This document shows, piece by piece, positions 1-13,724 of a stretch of 64,000 nucleotides of DNA (position 1 is the stretch's first letter; the number at the start of each line of letters is the position of its first letter). The notes under the pieces were generated by a model that made no database searches, was not told the DNA's origin, and saw nothing but the letters and a program-made list of their open reading frames with translations. A program made the translations under genes and the position numbers. The stretch comes from Rhizophagus irregularis (Eukaryota): positions 4,712,001-4,776,000 of the forward strand of contig NC_089433.1 of NCBI RefSeq assembly GCF_026210795.1. Reading direction: 5' to 3'.

Positions 1-1626
1 CGTGTAACGCAAGTTGATATGCAATGTCTGGATGTCCGTTCGGTAAAAGTGTCATTCTAAATAAAATAAAATAAATATGTTCATCAAGAATCATACTATG
101 AACATGTCGAGAATGATATTTCGTGACATTGTGCAACAAAAAAAACGTTAAATGGCATTCGGACTATACCGGTTTCCGTTTCCTAGTTATTAGTTGTATT
201 ATTAATCATTTTTCTTCGCATATGCGATAAATAATAAATCTCTTTTTTTACAAATATATATATACTCTCAACTATCCTACTCCCAACTTTCCTCTAAAAA
301 AAATACTACAGTATCTAAAAAAAGAATACTTTCTCTAAAAAAATTACTATCTCTAAGAAAAACCTCTCTGTATATAGAAATATAGAGTTTATTGGACGTC
401 GATAGAAGGGAAAGAGCAACATAAAAAATTATTTTTAAATAAATAATGAATAATAAAATATCATTTTTTTTAATCATTTATTTTTGTTGCACCGTGCGAG
501 GTATTTTTTTATTTTTTCATGCACAAGAGTAATGGGTATCAATACTGTATCGGTAAGAAAAAATTCATTATCATATCAGATATTATGTTCATGAGTTAAG
601 ATAGTATTTATCTCTTTTTTTATTTACTTATTTGACATTAGAACGTTACTGGTTTTCTAGATGAGATAGTAACAGGTAAATTTTTAAATCAATATTTATT
701 GTGTCTTAAAATAAAATGATACTTCATTAGAAAAAATAGTTAAAAAGAAAGTTTTTCTTTTGTTATGATATTTGAAGGGGTAGCGTATGATAGTAATAAA
801 GGACATTTCTATTTTTATGAAACTATATTCCGATAATTTTTTTCATGTACACAATATCCACGATCAACATATAATCGGCAAATGCAGTTAACTAAATAAA
901 TACATAATGTATAGCCATATTCATCTAAACGATACGCATACTGAAACTTCTAAAAATTCTGTTTATAATATTAATAACCTGACTTTTTAGTTCAAAATTC
1001 TTGAATTATAAGAAATTTTAAACCTAATTCCAACATAAACGACGACGTACTGAGTCCTCTTCATTATTTTTATTTCGAAAATTCAAATTACGTCGATCAT
1101 TTATTATTCACAATTATACTAACCTCAGCGAAGCATAATATGAATTCAATAACTTTCTATAAAAGGTTAATCACATTTCTTTCAATAATCGGACATTACT
1201 CTTTTTTTAGTTAGTATATTCCTCATTAAAAATATAATGAATTTCTTTTTTTGTAAATAAAGAATAACTTGTTTCACTTAAAAAGCAATAATATATTCCT
1301 TTATTTGTTATTGACATAGAAATACGATAATTCCCTATAAAAGGCTAACCAAATTATTTCAATGACCGGATATTATTCTTCTTTTGGTTATCATATACCT
1401 ATTTTGAAATCACAATCCATATTATGCCCCCGTTCGTTATTAGATTAAGATAACCTTTTTTACTTACAAACAAGTAAAAATATTCCTTTAGTAGATTCAA
1501 TACAGTTGCGATAATTCTTCTATAAAAATCTCTATACTTTTTCATTTTTTTGAAAATTCGTTTCGTTATTAGAAAAAATAAACTTTTATTTATAAACTGA
1601 TAAATATTCCTTTAATTGCTTTCAAT

Positions 1627-3023
1627 ATGGAAGAAATTAAGATCGATGATGATGTTTTCAACCAATTAAAAGAACTTCACGGTCAATTAACTGAAGAACA
1701 AAATTTGTTAATAGACAAATTAATATTAAATGATGAATTAAAAGAACGTTTTAAAGCGTTTCATTTATGTGATGAATGTAAACAACCTAACACCGGTAAT
1801 GATTGGTGTCAATCATGTAATGCTAATCGTTTTAAACTAAATTTCAAAAATTGGTCTAGCGGAAACGATATCATTGATGAGTTTATTCAAAAAGCGCAAC
1901 TTGAGGCTAAACATTATCGTGGAGTATTAGAATGGATTGATTATGATAGATTTGAAGACGTTAAATATTTGACCAAGGGAGGATTCGGTATTACTTATAA
2001 AGCAATTTGGAAAGATGGTAATATATGTAATTGGGATTCTAAAACAAATAAATGGCAAAGAAGTAATTTCGACGAAGATCAGATGACGAAAGTTGCTTTA
2101 AAATCTATGCAAAACTTACAAGATATTACAATCGAACTTTTAAGAGAAGTAAGTTTTTTTTTTTATTTATAATAAATAATTCTTAACGATATTAATCTAT
2201 AAAATGCTAATATTATTATTCTTTTTAGATTGAATTACATGTTGTAACGCCTGGTAAAAATGGTGGGGAAATTTGTTGTTATGGTATCACTAAAGATCCA
2301 GAAACGAATAACTTCTTGTTTGTGATGAGTTTTGTAGAAAATGGTGGTTTAAGACATCATTTAGATAAAAATTTTAATTTAATGGATTGGAGACAAAAGT
2401 TAACGATTTTAAAAGATATTGCGAATGGTCTTAACGAAAATCATTATGATAATAAATTAAATGATATCAATAGCGCTTATATTACTGATTTAGGATTATG
2501 TCAATTAGCAATTACAGAATTAAAATCTTTTCATAATGATAATAAAGAAATGTATGAAGTATTACCTTACGTAGCTCCTGAAGTTCTAAAAGGAGAAAAA
2601 TATACTAAAGAAAGCAATATTTATGGATTTGGGATTATTGCATTTGAAGTTTGCACAGGATTACCTCCTTATCAAAATATGAGTCATGAAGAAATATTGG
2701 CTAGTGAAATTTGTAAAGGGTTGAGACCAGATAACGATTATAAAATCCCTCAATTAATTATTGATTTAATTAAAAGTTGTTGGGATGCGGATCCTTTAAA
2801 ACGTCCTAAAATAGAAGAATTATGTAATGAATTAGTAAATTTATGTAATTATAATTCAGAAATATCTAAACAATTTGAGGAGGCTGATAAAATTAATGAA
2901 AAGTTATCTATTCCATTAACACCTGGTATAATCTTGTATACAACAAATTCTCAAGCAGTTTATACAAGCAGATTTTTAGATTTTGATAACCTTCCAGAAC
3001 CTAAAAATGCTGATGATGATTAG
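1627..3023 (+). CDS. TKL-family protein kinase-like gene, probably a catalytically dead pseudokinase; exons 1627-2148 and 2229-3023 (about 438 aa)
   Basis: Has a CxxC/WCxxC N-terminal module, GGFGITYKA Gly-loop, VALK, DLG and APE motifs. A GT-AG intron (2149-2228) joins the two ORFs in frame (..LLRE|IELH..YGITKDP). The HxD catalytic loop is missing. Confidence 0.9.
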
Positions 3024-6000
3024 ATAATTATGGTTAATTCAATCACTTTTATAAGTATCTAACGTATTATATAATTATATTTTATATTTTTTTTTTTTTG
3101 ACTATTTTATCGAAAACAAAAAAATATGAAGTTCTCGATAATTCATGTTATTTTATTTCCTAATCTTAACATAACTTATTTTCTTATTTAAATTATAATA
3201 AAATTTTAAATCTTTTATAAAATACATGAAAATAATAAGTATTACTTTAAAATTAATAGTAAAAGAAAGAGCTTATTAAATATCATTATCAGTAAGATGA
3301 CGATTATCACGTGAATTAAAATTTTAAGTATACCACACAATTTTTAATTACCAGTTACATGAGAACTTTATCAATAAATGAGCGCGAGTGAATTAAATAC
3401 AAGCAAAATCGAAACGTTAGTATTAAATCATTAGTTTAAAAATTAATTAACGGTTATTCTTAATTCCCACTACAAGTGTTTAATGCCGAGTTTATAGAAA
3501 ATTAGGCCGAATTATTGAATACCGTAAAGTGATTTCGATTATGTCACGAAACGGCCGGCATTAAGAAATTAAGAAATTAACTATGTGACGAATAAGGGGT
3601 GAGGATTAAGTTTTTACCTACTCGAGAAAAACTGTACCTCAGATACTTATAGAAAAATGGAAACAAGAAAGGGTGTGACGTATGTGACAAAAAACAGTCA
3701 CGTGAATTTTCGTGACATTTTTGAAGGGTAACGCAGGGTAATCAGTGATTTTCAACTGCGCCACGTGTCAATCGATTCTTAGTTAAAAATGTCAAATTTT
3801 TTGCAACATTTTATTTTTTCGAGAGTTGACTTAAAATTAATCTGTAAGCTCTATTCCAGCAACATGACCGTCATGACGGTAATACAAAGCATAGGAAAAT
3901 GGCAACTAAATTCCACGTCTTTAATTTTAAAATTTTAATTACGCGGTCTCCATAATTAAATTTTGAACGAACTTTTTCTGTTTTACTCTGTATTAATGGA
4001 AATACTACATTATAAATATATCTTCTGGACTAACTTGTTAGTTGTTACATCTAGTTTTTATATTTTTTATGTTATTTAGGGTCCTTAAATAATCTCAGGA
4101 TTCAGTAACAACATAAAGATAATCAAATTATATCATTAATTAAAATATTTGAATGTATATTTGCAAATTAAGAGTCAAAATGTAAATTCTTTATATTCCT
4201 ATTTGAAAAAGTATTAATTATTTAAAATAAAGAAAAAAAACATTTATTATAAAATCGTTATCTTAAAGTCTCGTGATAAAAATACTGTAAATTTCATTTA
4301 TAACGTTATATTATAAAAAAAGCATAACCCTTAATCCTTATCGTAATTCGTAATATTATTGTAAAAAAATTAAAATTAATTTTCTTTTCACTCACATGTT
4401 AACGTTAATAAAAGAAAATATAGAATATTTTAGCGTAACATTACATTTTAATTATACGGTAAATTCATAATTCAAAGACTTATTCTTTTCAATACTGCGA
4501 CCAGAATAATAAAAATATGTGAAAAGGTTTGAAAATTATTAAAAATTCAATCAGAATTAGAAAATCGACGTTCTTTGTAATATAAATATAAAATCGCAAA
4601 TCGAAGTATTCTTCGATACTGAGTAAAAAATTAGAAAACTAGAGTTTCAATAGTTTTAATAGTTTTATAAAATTTCTCAATTAATCCAATTAAGATTTGT
4701 TTTTTCACATGACATTTAAATATTTTTATTTGACGATTGAAAAATATTCACAAACTAGATTTTTTAGGCAAATTGGCTTTTAGAACTATCAAGTTATTAT
4801 AATCATGTTTTATTGGGCTGTAAACTTTCTGTAATCACTGAGGAACTTTTAGGTGCTTATCCATCGCGTGCCACTATGTAACGATGTCATAATGTCGGGC
4901 AAAGCGGATTTTTTTTTTTGTGCATCCGTCAAAATAATATTTTAACCTTCATATTTGATGTATATAACCTCATCTTTATACAAGCCTTGTAAAAAATTTA
5001 TTCGTAATTTCTGTAATTTCTGTAAAATCTCCGTGAATATGATACATTCATGGAAAACGGAAAAAATATACATTTACGGAAAAATAACTAAAAATCTAAG
5101 CAACTTGGATAATTCCCATGTTTTGTAGTTATAAATTCCGTGAATATGATACATTTACGGAAATATTAAATTTTTGAAAACGACAATAAACATTGTGCTC
5201 TGGAAATTTTTTAATGTTCCACATCCCGAAATTAGAATATGTTTTAAAAAATATCATTTATTATAATGATTATTATTAAATGAAAATGTTTGGCGAAAAA
5301 TCAGGGGCGTTTGTTTGTGAAATCCTGATGCCTGAATGAGAATGTACACAATAAAATTCACAATCAAATTTAAAATCTTATAATATTAGAACCCCGCTTT
5401 CATTAAAGTACTATTATGGTAATAATAAAAATAGGAATTATTAATTTATATAAGTGCCGTCGGAATTATTTCTACGATCACGTAATGTGCCGTAACGAAC
5501 TCCTTTTAAAAAATTCATTTTATTTAGGAACGGCTCTTCCGGATTTTTTTCCGGTAAGTGGAAAAGAGGTTTTTTTTAAACATTATTTTTAAGATACGAC
5601 ATTATTTATTATTCAGGATATAATTGATATATCCCCTACAATAGTAAGTGTTTTTAGTATATCGTGAGTATAAATATAGTATGTTTTATTGTTGAATCTT
5701 ATTTTCTTTCGCTTGATTTTTCTTTCATTTTTAAAAGATTTTAAAAAAATGCATGATTTAATTCTAAATAATATTGAGATTACGAATAAATTAAAGAAAG
5801 TTTTTCTCATTTGGAAAATGCAAATCTTTCCGAATTACTCATACTTTAAATCCGTTTATTATCTAGTATAATCAATAGTTTATATTCATTTGTCCGTTCC
5901 TAGGAGATTTTGCAGTTAAAAATTAAGTTGCTACCCAGTACATTTGCATAATGGTGCCGATCAGGGGATAAGTAATACACGTATCTCCAATTTATATTAC

Positions 6001-6805
6001 GCAAAATATCAGTATGCATCAATGAAAATGAATGTCGAATTATCATCGATATATACGTTGCCAATACCGGAGATACTTTCTTCGAAACCAAATTTAGATA
6101 AATTAAGCTGTTTTTTTGATTTTTCAATGTCTGTAATTAAGAAGAAATATAGATATCCTATGGGTTTATCTTTTATCTTTTACTAATTCGTTTCTTTTAA
6201 AGTAAATTTCAAAAAAAACATCCTTATTTACCGGGAAGTCAGGAGGTTTGAAAAACTATTTTTTTTATCTTATCCATTTATGTCACATATATTTGCATTG
6301 GCATTCCTATTACGGTGTCAAACAGAACCTATAATTAGATTGAAATAGACAAACACAAATATTTTTAATGGATAGTTTTTCTTTTATTACCATTTTCGTA
6401 AATGTTGACAATTTAAATATTGAATATACACCGAACAAAATAAAATTATTTTAGATAACGGAATATAAATCAAAAACAATATTATTCGCATGTACAATGT
6501 GTTCACTTTCGTTTATATTTCCTGATTGTCTAATTTCTAAAAATGATTATTAAAAATACCTGATACATATTTTAAAGGATTCAATGTAAATATGTAACAT
6601 TTCGGTTTTTTTGTGTTCTCGGAATTTGACTCCTATTTATTATTTAGGTTCTAGATTCTTCTTATTAGAATTTTCCTTTGGCTTCCAACGCAGAATTCTT
6701 TATTTTTCATCATTAATAACTCAACTAATTTTAGTAATAAGAAAGGGTATATATACACTCTATTAGTTGATAAACTAAACCTTTTTTTTTTTAGTATGAA
6801 GGTTA

Positions 6806-8371
6806 ATGGAAAACAAGCCAACCATTAACTCATTAATGACACACAAACCACACCTGAAAATGTTTAAAAATTGTACTGAATGTAATCGAATAATTTTCAG
6901 CGAAATTAATGCCAACTGCTATCAATGTTGTAAATTAAGAAGTATTCCGTTAAGCGGAAATAAAGTTGTTGATGACTTTATAAGAAGATATACATTAGTT
7001 AACGGTGAAGTGTGTATAGAATTTGTTCCTTTCGATAAATTCAAAGATGTAAAATATATTGGTGAAGGGGGATTTAGTAGAGTATATAGTGCCACTTGGA
7101 AAGAAGGTCCGATAGCTAATTGGAATGACGAAAAACAAAAATATGCTCGTCATGGTAAAATAACAGTTGCACTTAAGGAACTTAATGAATCTAAAAACAT
7201 AAGTCCTAAGGAATTAAATGAGGTACGGTATTTTACACCAATTCAAATTATAAAATCTCGTTGCAAATCATTAGTATATTAACAAAAATAAATATTATTT
7301 TAGCTCAAGATATATTTCAATATTACTTTAAATTGGAAAAGTGATAATTTCAATTATATTAATATCAACACGTATTATGGGATTACCCAGAATCCCATCA
7401 CTCAAAATTTTATGATCGTCATGAAATATTTTGAATCAGGGGATTTAGCGCATTGTTTATTTAATAAATTTTTTAATTTTAGCTGGTGTAATAAGTTAAA
7501 TGTTTTAAAGGATATTGCATCTGGATTGAAAGATATGCACAGCACAAATATTATCCATAAGGATTTTCATAGTGGAAATATTTTTATTACGGGGAATTTT
7601 TGCATGAATGCATTTATCGCTGATTTTGGGATTAGTAAATCTGCATTAGATGATGATGATGAGATTTATGGAATTATTCCCTATGTTGCTCCAGAAATAT
7701 TTCTAAGTCATAAATATACTAAAGCGTCGGACATATATAGCTTTGGTATGATCATGTGGGAGGTAATGACAGGTAGAAAGCCTTTTTGGGATCGAAATCA
7801 TGACGCAGAACTTATTGTTGAAATATGTATAATTGGAGCTCGACCTCCAATTGTTACGGATGCGCCTGAGGGCTATATTGAATTAATGAAAGAATGTTGG
7901 CATCCTAATCCAAATGAAAGGCCGACGGCTACTGAGTTAAAAGGAAAACTTTGGAATATTCTGGACGAAGAACAAGATCCCTTTTCAACTCCAACTAAAA
8001 TTACGAAGACACCGGATATTGGACCTGTAACAGCAAATAATCCATGCGCTATATATAAGAGTAGAGCTTTAAGCGCAATGATAAAATCTATAGAATTTAC
8101 TAAATGTTTAAAAATTCAAGGTAATTTTAATATTTTATTAATAATTTAACTGTTAAATTTCATTACTATCTCAGAGAAACTAAATTCTCTCTTTTTTTTA
8201 TTTAGATTATTTTACAAAAGAACTTGAATTTGATATTGACATTGATAATAATCATAGTAATTGTAAGTAATGAATATACTTGATTAATAACACAATTAAA
8301 TTCGTATATTAATAATTTATTTATAATTTATAGATTATATTACCAGAGAAATTGATTTTGATATTTATTAA
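6806..8371 (+). CDS. TKL-family protein kinase; exons 6806-7222, 7304-8120, 8206-8262, 8334-8371 (about 442 aa)
   Basis: Has GEGGFSRVY, VALKEL, IIHKDFHSGNI, DFG, APE and DIYSFG motifs. Canonical GT-AG introns keep the frame. Two short C-terminal exons encode YFTKELEFDI / YITREIDFDI repeats. The true start may lie further upstream. Confidence 0.9.
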
Positions 8372-9420
8372 AGAATTCTTTTGATGAAGTCTTTAATCCA
8401 ATTTTATCGGTTGATTTTCTTGAATAGATGGGAGCGCATCATTTAATTATTACAAAATAGAATTTCTTATGTAGGAAGGACATAAAATAATATTGATTAT
8501 ATGATATCTTTTATTTTTTTTTCGTTTCGTTTTAATAATAAATATTTTTTTAAAAAAAAGTGTGTAGTATGATATACGAAGAATCTTATAAAAAGAATAA
8601 ATATTAAACCAAAAAAAAAAGTCCAAAAAACTTTAACCGGTTAATTAACTGGTTATTATTAAAAAATTTTTTTGATTGTAAATTGTACCGATTTTTGACA
8701 TATTTAGTTGTAAGGAAAGTATTAAAAGCTTCGAGTTTGGGAACACGCGAACCATATCTCTGGGGCACATTATATATATTTTACCAGAATTATGGTCAAA
8801 GTAGTTTTGACCGGTTAACCGGTTAACCGGTAATATTTGTTACCAAATACATAGCGTTGCATTTAATGCGGTTAAAGTAAATTAATACAATTAAGAGTAT
8901 ATTATTAAAAAAAAAAATAATAATAATAATCTAAAATAATCATTTAATTTTAATTTATTGATGACTTATATACATAACTGAATCATTTGTTAACGCAACT
9001 TCACGCTAATAATTTAAAATACAAAAAATCATAAAAATTTTGGTGCTAAAATTATCACACAATTTTATCTTTCTATAAAAAAAAAAATCTCTTGTAATAC
9101 CGACAACAGTACGTAATTTCTAATATCTTTTATTTTCATAGTTCACTAAATGAAGTTAACCTTTAAATAAAAAAGTCGATTTAATGATTTAGTGATAGTT
9201 AATGTTTGCTTTTTATTGAATAAATATATATTAAACAAAGAAAAATATTTTTTAACATTAAAATAATGATCGGATGTTGAATTTTGAATAGTGATTTATC
9301 CTATAGTTTAAAATTAAACTCTTTAGTAAAAAATAATTAACGAAATGTTTAATTTGTCACGTGGCTATCTGGCCAGAGTTATAGGGTTATGGAATTATGT
9401 GCTGTACGTGATAAAATGAG

Positions 9421-10203
9421 GATTCAGTGAAATATTCAAAGACTTTTCGTTGGGCATATCGTAACGAAGATATTCACCCTGTAACACTTTTACTTTTAAA
9501 ATCATATATAACCACCGATTTGGTTGGAATATTTCGATCTCACTTTAATACGATGAAAACTATTAGGACGCTACTTTTTCCCTTCATGCAATTGTGTAGT
9601 ACTTCGTTCAAAAGTAATATTTGGAAATTACGTAACGAAAAATGGAAAGCATTACGCGATGAGCTAAACCTTACGAAAAAATCATTCAAAGATTATAGGA
9701 AAAAATTTTATTAATGAAAGACGAAATATTGGGACTTCTTCTGTACCTAATTCTTCTAATAGGCAGCATGATCGTGAATATGGTTATATAAACCCGTTTA
9801 ATGACTTTAGAAATTTTAAATTAGATAAAGAATTTTTGTTTATTTTATTTTCATCTTCTAACTTTTTACATAGCGGTTCCTTCTTTTCACATCTAGAATG
9901 TAACGATTTTTTAGATTATTCATCTCCTGTATGTTCATTTGATTATAACATTTATAATGTGTAAGTACGCCACAACTTCATATAATTATATATAGGGTCC
10001 TTTTTCTAGATAGTCTTTTTTTGGAGGGTTCTCTCCTATTCCTTCGTCGGTCGGGGCGTTGGGATAGACTACAGTTTCCATATAATTAGAAGTTTGGGTC
10101 CGTTACCAAAATGGATGATAGCAAGAAGTAGGATAAATTCCCTTTTGTTGGGTATATGTTCTGTTTAATTGTCTGTCCAACTTCACATAAAATAAATAAA
10201 TAA
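9421..10203 (+). mobile_element. 5'-truncated non-LTR retrotransposon (LINE) copy with (TAAA)n tail and 17-bp target-site duplication
   Basis: GTACGTGATAAAATGAG occurs at 9404-9420 and 10204-10220, with an AAAT repeat tail just before the second copy. The encoded FILFSSSNFLHSGSF matches the 3' end of the LINE at 25.5-29 kb. Confidence 0.85.
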
Positions 10204-10392
10204 GTACGTGATAAAATGAGTGACAAGTAGGATTTCTACACTGAAAAAATTCTATCGATTTTATTAATTTAATCATGATATTTTCATTTGATATGTAATT
10301 GAAAAATAGAAATTAGATATAAATTTTCATAGAAGAGCCTTGAACGGTTTGAACCATTAATTAGAAATCCTTTAAAACGGGTTCTTAATGTA

Positions 10393-10522
10393 CAGTGAGG
10401 CCTGTGAGGGTGTACGATATTAATGTACGAACTGACCGGAGTTGACGTTAACGCTATAACGTGCAAGTGCATAACCCCTAAACTCGGGCCAGTTCGTACG
10501 TTAATTTCGTACACCCCGACTG
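10393..10522. mobile_element. Tc1/mariner-type MITE
   Basis: TA-CAGT...ACTG-TA termini and an imperfect inverted repeat of about 35 bp (GGGTGTACGATATTAATGTACGAACTG / CAGTTCGTACGTTAATTTCGTACACCC). Confidence 0.7.
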
Positions 10523-11431
10523 TACGTTAAGGACGTCCACCTTTAAAGTAGCTCATTAAATTCAAAATTCCCACATTTTACTGTGATTAATTAATTCCTA
10601 GGTAAACGATACTACTTTTTTTTTTTAGTTAGGCATAAATTAGAAATGTCCTGTTTGCTTACTTTGTATAATCAATTGCATAAACTGCGAGTACAAATAA
10701 TTATATATAAATGATTTATATTGGAATCATATGTTTTATTTTTTCCAGAAATGGGATTGCTCATTAAATTATTATGACTTTAGGCTACTTTAGACCTATT
10801 TTCTCAGATAATCTCAATATTTTTTTCTCGCGTGCGTATGTAGTCCGACTAGTAAATACAGAAACATGTCAGTGGCAATTTCATAATTCGAATGTGTAAG
10901 AAAAAATTATGTAATAATAAACATACCTTACTTCTGAGGACTCTATTTATCAGAGATTTCTCTTCCTTTATAGCTCTATATCCCATTATTCCTAAAAGTA
11001 TATCCACTCTTTTTAATTCTTAGAATAAAGAATTATTAGTTAATATTTCACGTTGTTCCAGTAAATATTTTAGAGCTACGAGTATTGCTGTAAAATAGTG
11101 ATTGACTCGGTCAAAAACACACTGCAACTCACGGTTCAGTAGTGCCTCTCTATTTATGGACTACTGATGAATCACTACTGACTCTCAGAGTCATCACTGT
11201 ACAACTTCACGATTCACTAGTGTGTAGCAACAATAACTCACGGTCTACTAAGAATCTTAGAAGTTCTTGGCTCATCAGCAGCCCTTTTTTTTTAAAAAAA
11301 AATACAAACTTAGTATTTTTTCATATCGACTTCGCCGTTTATCGGTCTTTATTCTATGAAAGGGCAATGAAAAAAAAATAAATCATAGAGAATCATGAAA
11401 ACAAGAAAGTCGGGAAAAATGACAACACCTT

Positions 11432-12934
11432 CCCTATAAAAAAATTGGATACGTTTTTTATAAAGTTTTTATACGATTTTTTTTCCTTAGAAATAACGTA
11501 TCATAATAGGATACGGAAAAATGCACAATTCCGTATCACCAAAAATATGGTTTGGATACGGAATTTGCACGGGATTTATATGGAATTTACATGATTTGAT
11601 CACTGATTTTATCACGAAATTTATACGATTTGGTCACTGAATTTACTATTTGTATTACAGTTTACTATAATTGTATTTACATAAATCTAATTTCACTTTA
11701 TTAAATTAAATAAAAAATAAAAAATAAACAAAGTACAAATACATTATGAAAATTCCCTCTTTATTAAAACCACCTATTGCAACCTAAATTATCTATAAGT
11801 TCAGGTTCATTTGTAGTCAAACAACCTAAAAGAACAGAAAAAAAGATTGGAAACAAAACCCCCCATCTGCAATCGTCCAAGTCACCAAAGGTCAGCATTC
11901 CTACAAAAAAAGAAAGAGAACTCCAGAATGTCTGACCTACATAAAAGAAAAGAATTATGAGGCGTCTAATGAAAAAGAAACCAAAACAACAAAATAAATC
12001 CAAAACTGACCTACAAAAAAAGAAGACTCTGAAGCAACAAAACTGAAACAACCTACAAAAAGAAAAGAATCTGAACCCAACATACAAAAAAACAAAAAAA
12101 TTTGAACTGACCTAAAAAAAGAAAAAAATCCTGAATCATCCTACAAAAAGAAAAGGACTCCCAAACTGATCTACAAAAAAAAAAAAAAAAGAAACTGAAT
12201 ATTCTCACAAAAAAAATCTGCTGGCCTATGAAATTAAATCCAAAAAAAATATTTTTTTAAAAAGAGGGATAACGAAGTTAGGAAAGTTAAAAAAAAATTT
12301 TTTTTTAAAGGGAGGACGTCAAAGTTAGAAAAATAAAAATTTTTTTATAAAGAGGAAATAGAAATAGAAAGAAGAAATTTTTTTTAAAAAAAAAAGAAGA
12401 GTGGGAATAAAAGAAAAAATTTTTTTTCAAAGTAAAGTGACGAAAAAAAAATTTTTAAAGTGAGGTACGAAAAAAAAAATTATTTTTAAAAGGGGTGACG
12501 AAAAAAAAAATTATTTTTAAAAGGGGTGACGAAGAAAGAAGAAAAATTTAGAAAAAATAACAAAAATAAGACAAGAGAAAGAGAAAGGAAAGGAAAGACA
12601 GAAAGGAAGATCGGAAGATCAAACTCATCAAAGTAAGGGTTTATATAAAAAACAAAAAACGTATCATAACAAAACAATAAACAATCATGTGATCTCGTGT
12701 TATGATACGGAATTTTTGTAAAATTATCTTCTAAAAATATTAAGTTTAAAAATTCCGTATACATTCCGCATGATTAATTTTTTCCCGTATACATTTCTTA
12801 TACATTAGTTTTTTAAAAAAATGTTCAAAAATGAATTACTTATTAAATATACGGAATTTGTATACGGAATCTATAGAAACGTACATAAAATGTATACAAA
12901 ACGTATCCTTTCCGTATACATATTTTTTATAGGG
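11432..12934. mobile_element. Non-autonomous CCC-terminal DNA transposon (CMC/CACTA-like), 1.5 kb
   Basis: Terminal inverted repeats CCCTATAAAAAA...TTTTTTATAGGG and a 3-bp TSD (CTT) on both sides. Subterminal GATACGGAA/TTCCGTAT repeats and A-rich internal repeats. The left 450 bp is near-identical to 56812-57262. Confidence 0.85.
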
Positions 12935-13724
12935 CTTGTTTAAGCAAAGTGATCATGACTCGACCCACGTTATATACATACTCGTTAAAAAAATCACCGC
13001 TTTACACAGTATCATGTGATTTGTGGCGCAACTAATAATATCAAGCATGCGTAGCATTATGGCGCAGCGCGTTAATTTTTGAGGACGCAGCCCGTTATAC
13101 ATGAACGTTCTAGTCGTTCCAATCGTTCCATGCTAAAGAATCCTCAAAATTCTACAATGAAAACTGCCATTCATAAAGTTCATAACAGAATGCACTTCCC
13201 GTCTAGCTTCCAAGCCTGTTCATACATTTCTTTTTTCAAATCATGAGAGAACGAAGAGAACGAAGTAAAAAAATTCAAATACGAAAATTTCACACTTTGC
13301 ATAATTAACTAGTTTTTAATATATTATAACGAATATCGGTATATCGAGATGTAATAACTACATAATATGTCGTGCTGCGTGGCATGATTATGATATATAT
13401 ATATGATAGTACTTAAATGTCTTTACAACCAGATATATATGAATATTATAAATTAACTAAATATTTACGATACAGTTAAAGAAAAATAAAAAATATAGAA
13501 ATCACTTATAAAATCCTTCATTACTGTATAATAATACTTTGGTGATATTGACAAAATATACGTCAGTATGAGTAATGTGCTCATTTATGCAGAATATGCG
13601 AGGCGTTAACATTAAATTCCTATTGGTCACCACATTATTCTAAATGGAAAAGAACGAAAACAGAAGAAAAAATATTTTTCCAATATTGCCAAGCATTAAC
13701 GACTACATGACAAATAATAAACAA

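Noticed and set aside
8632..8832. AACCGGTT palindromic clusters as element ends
   Set aside because: Too short and degenerate, with no TSD or clear boundaries.
11764..12764. Phe/Leu-rich minus-strand ORFs
   Set aside because: They are translations of A-rich repeats inside the non-autonomous transposon.
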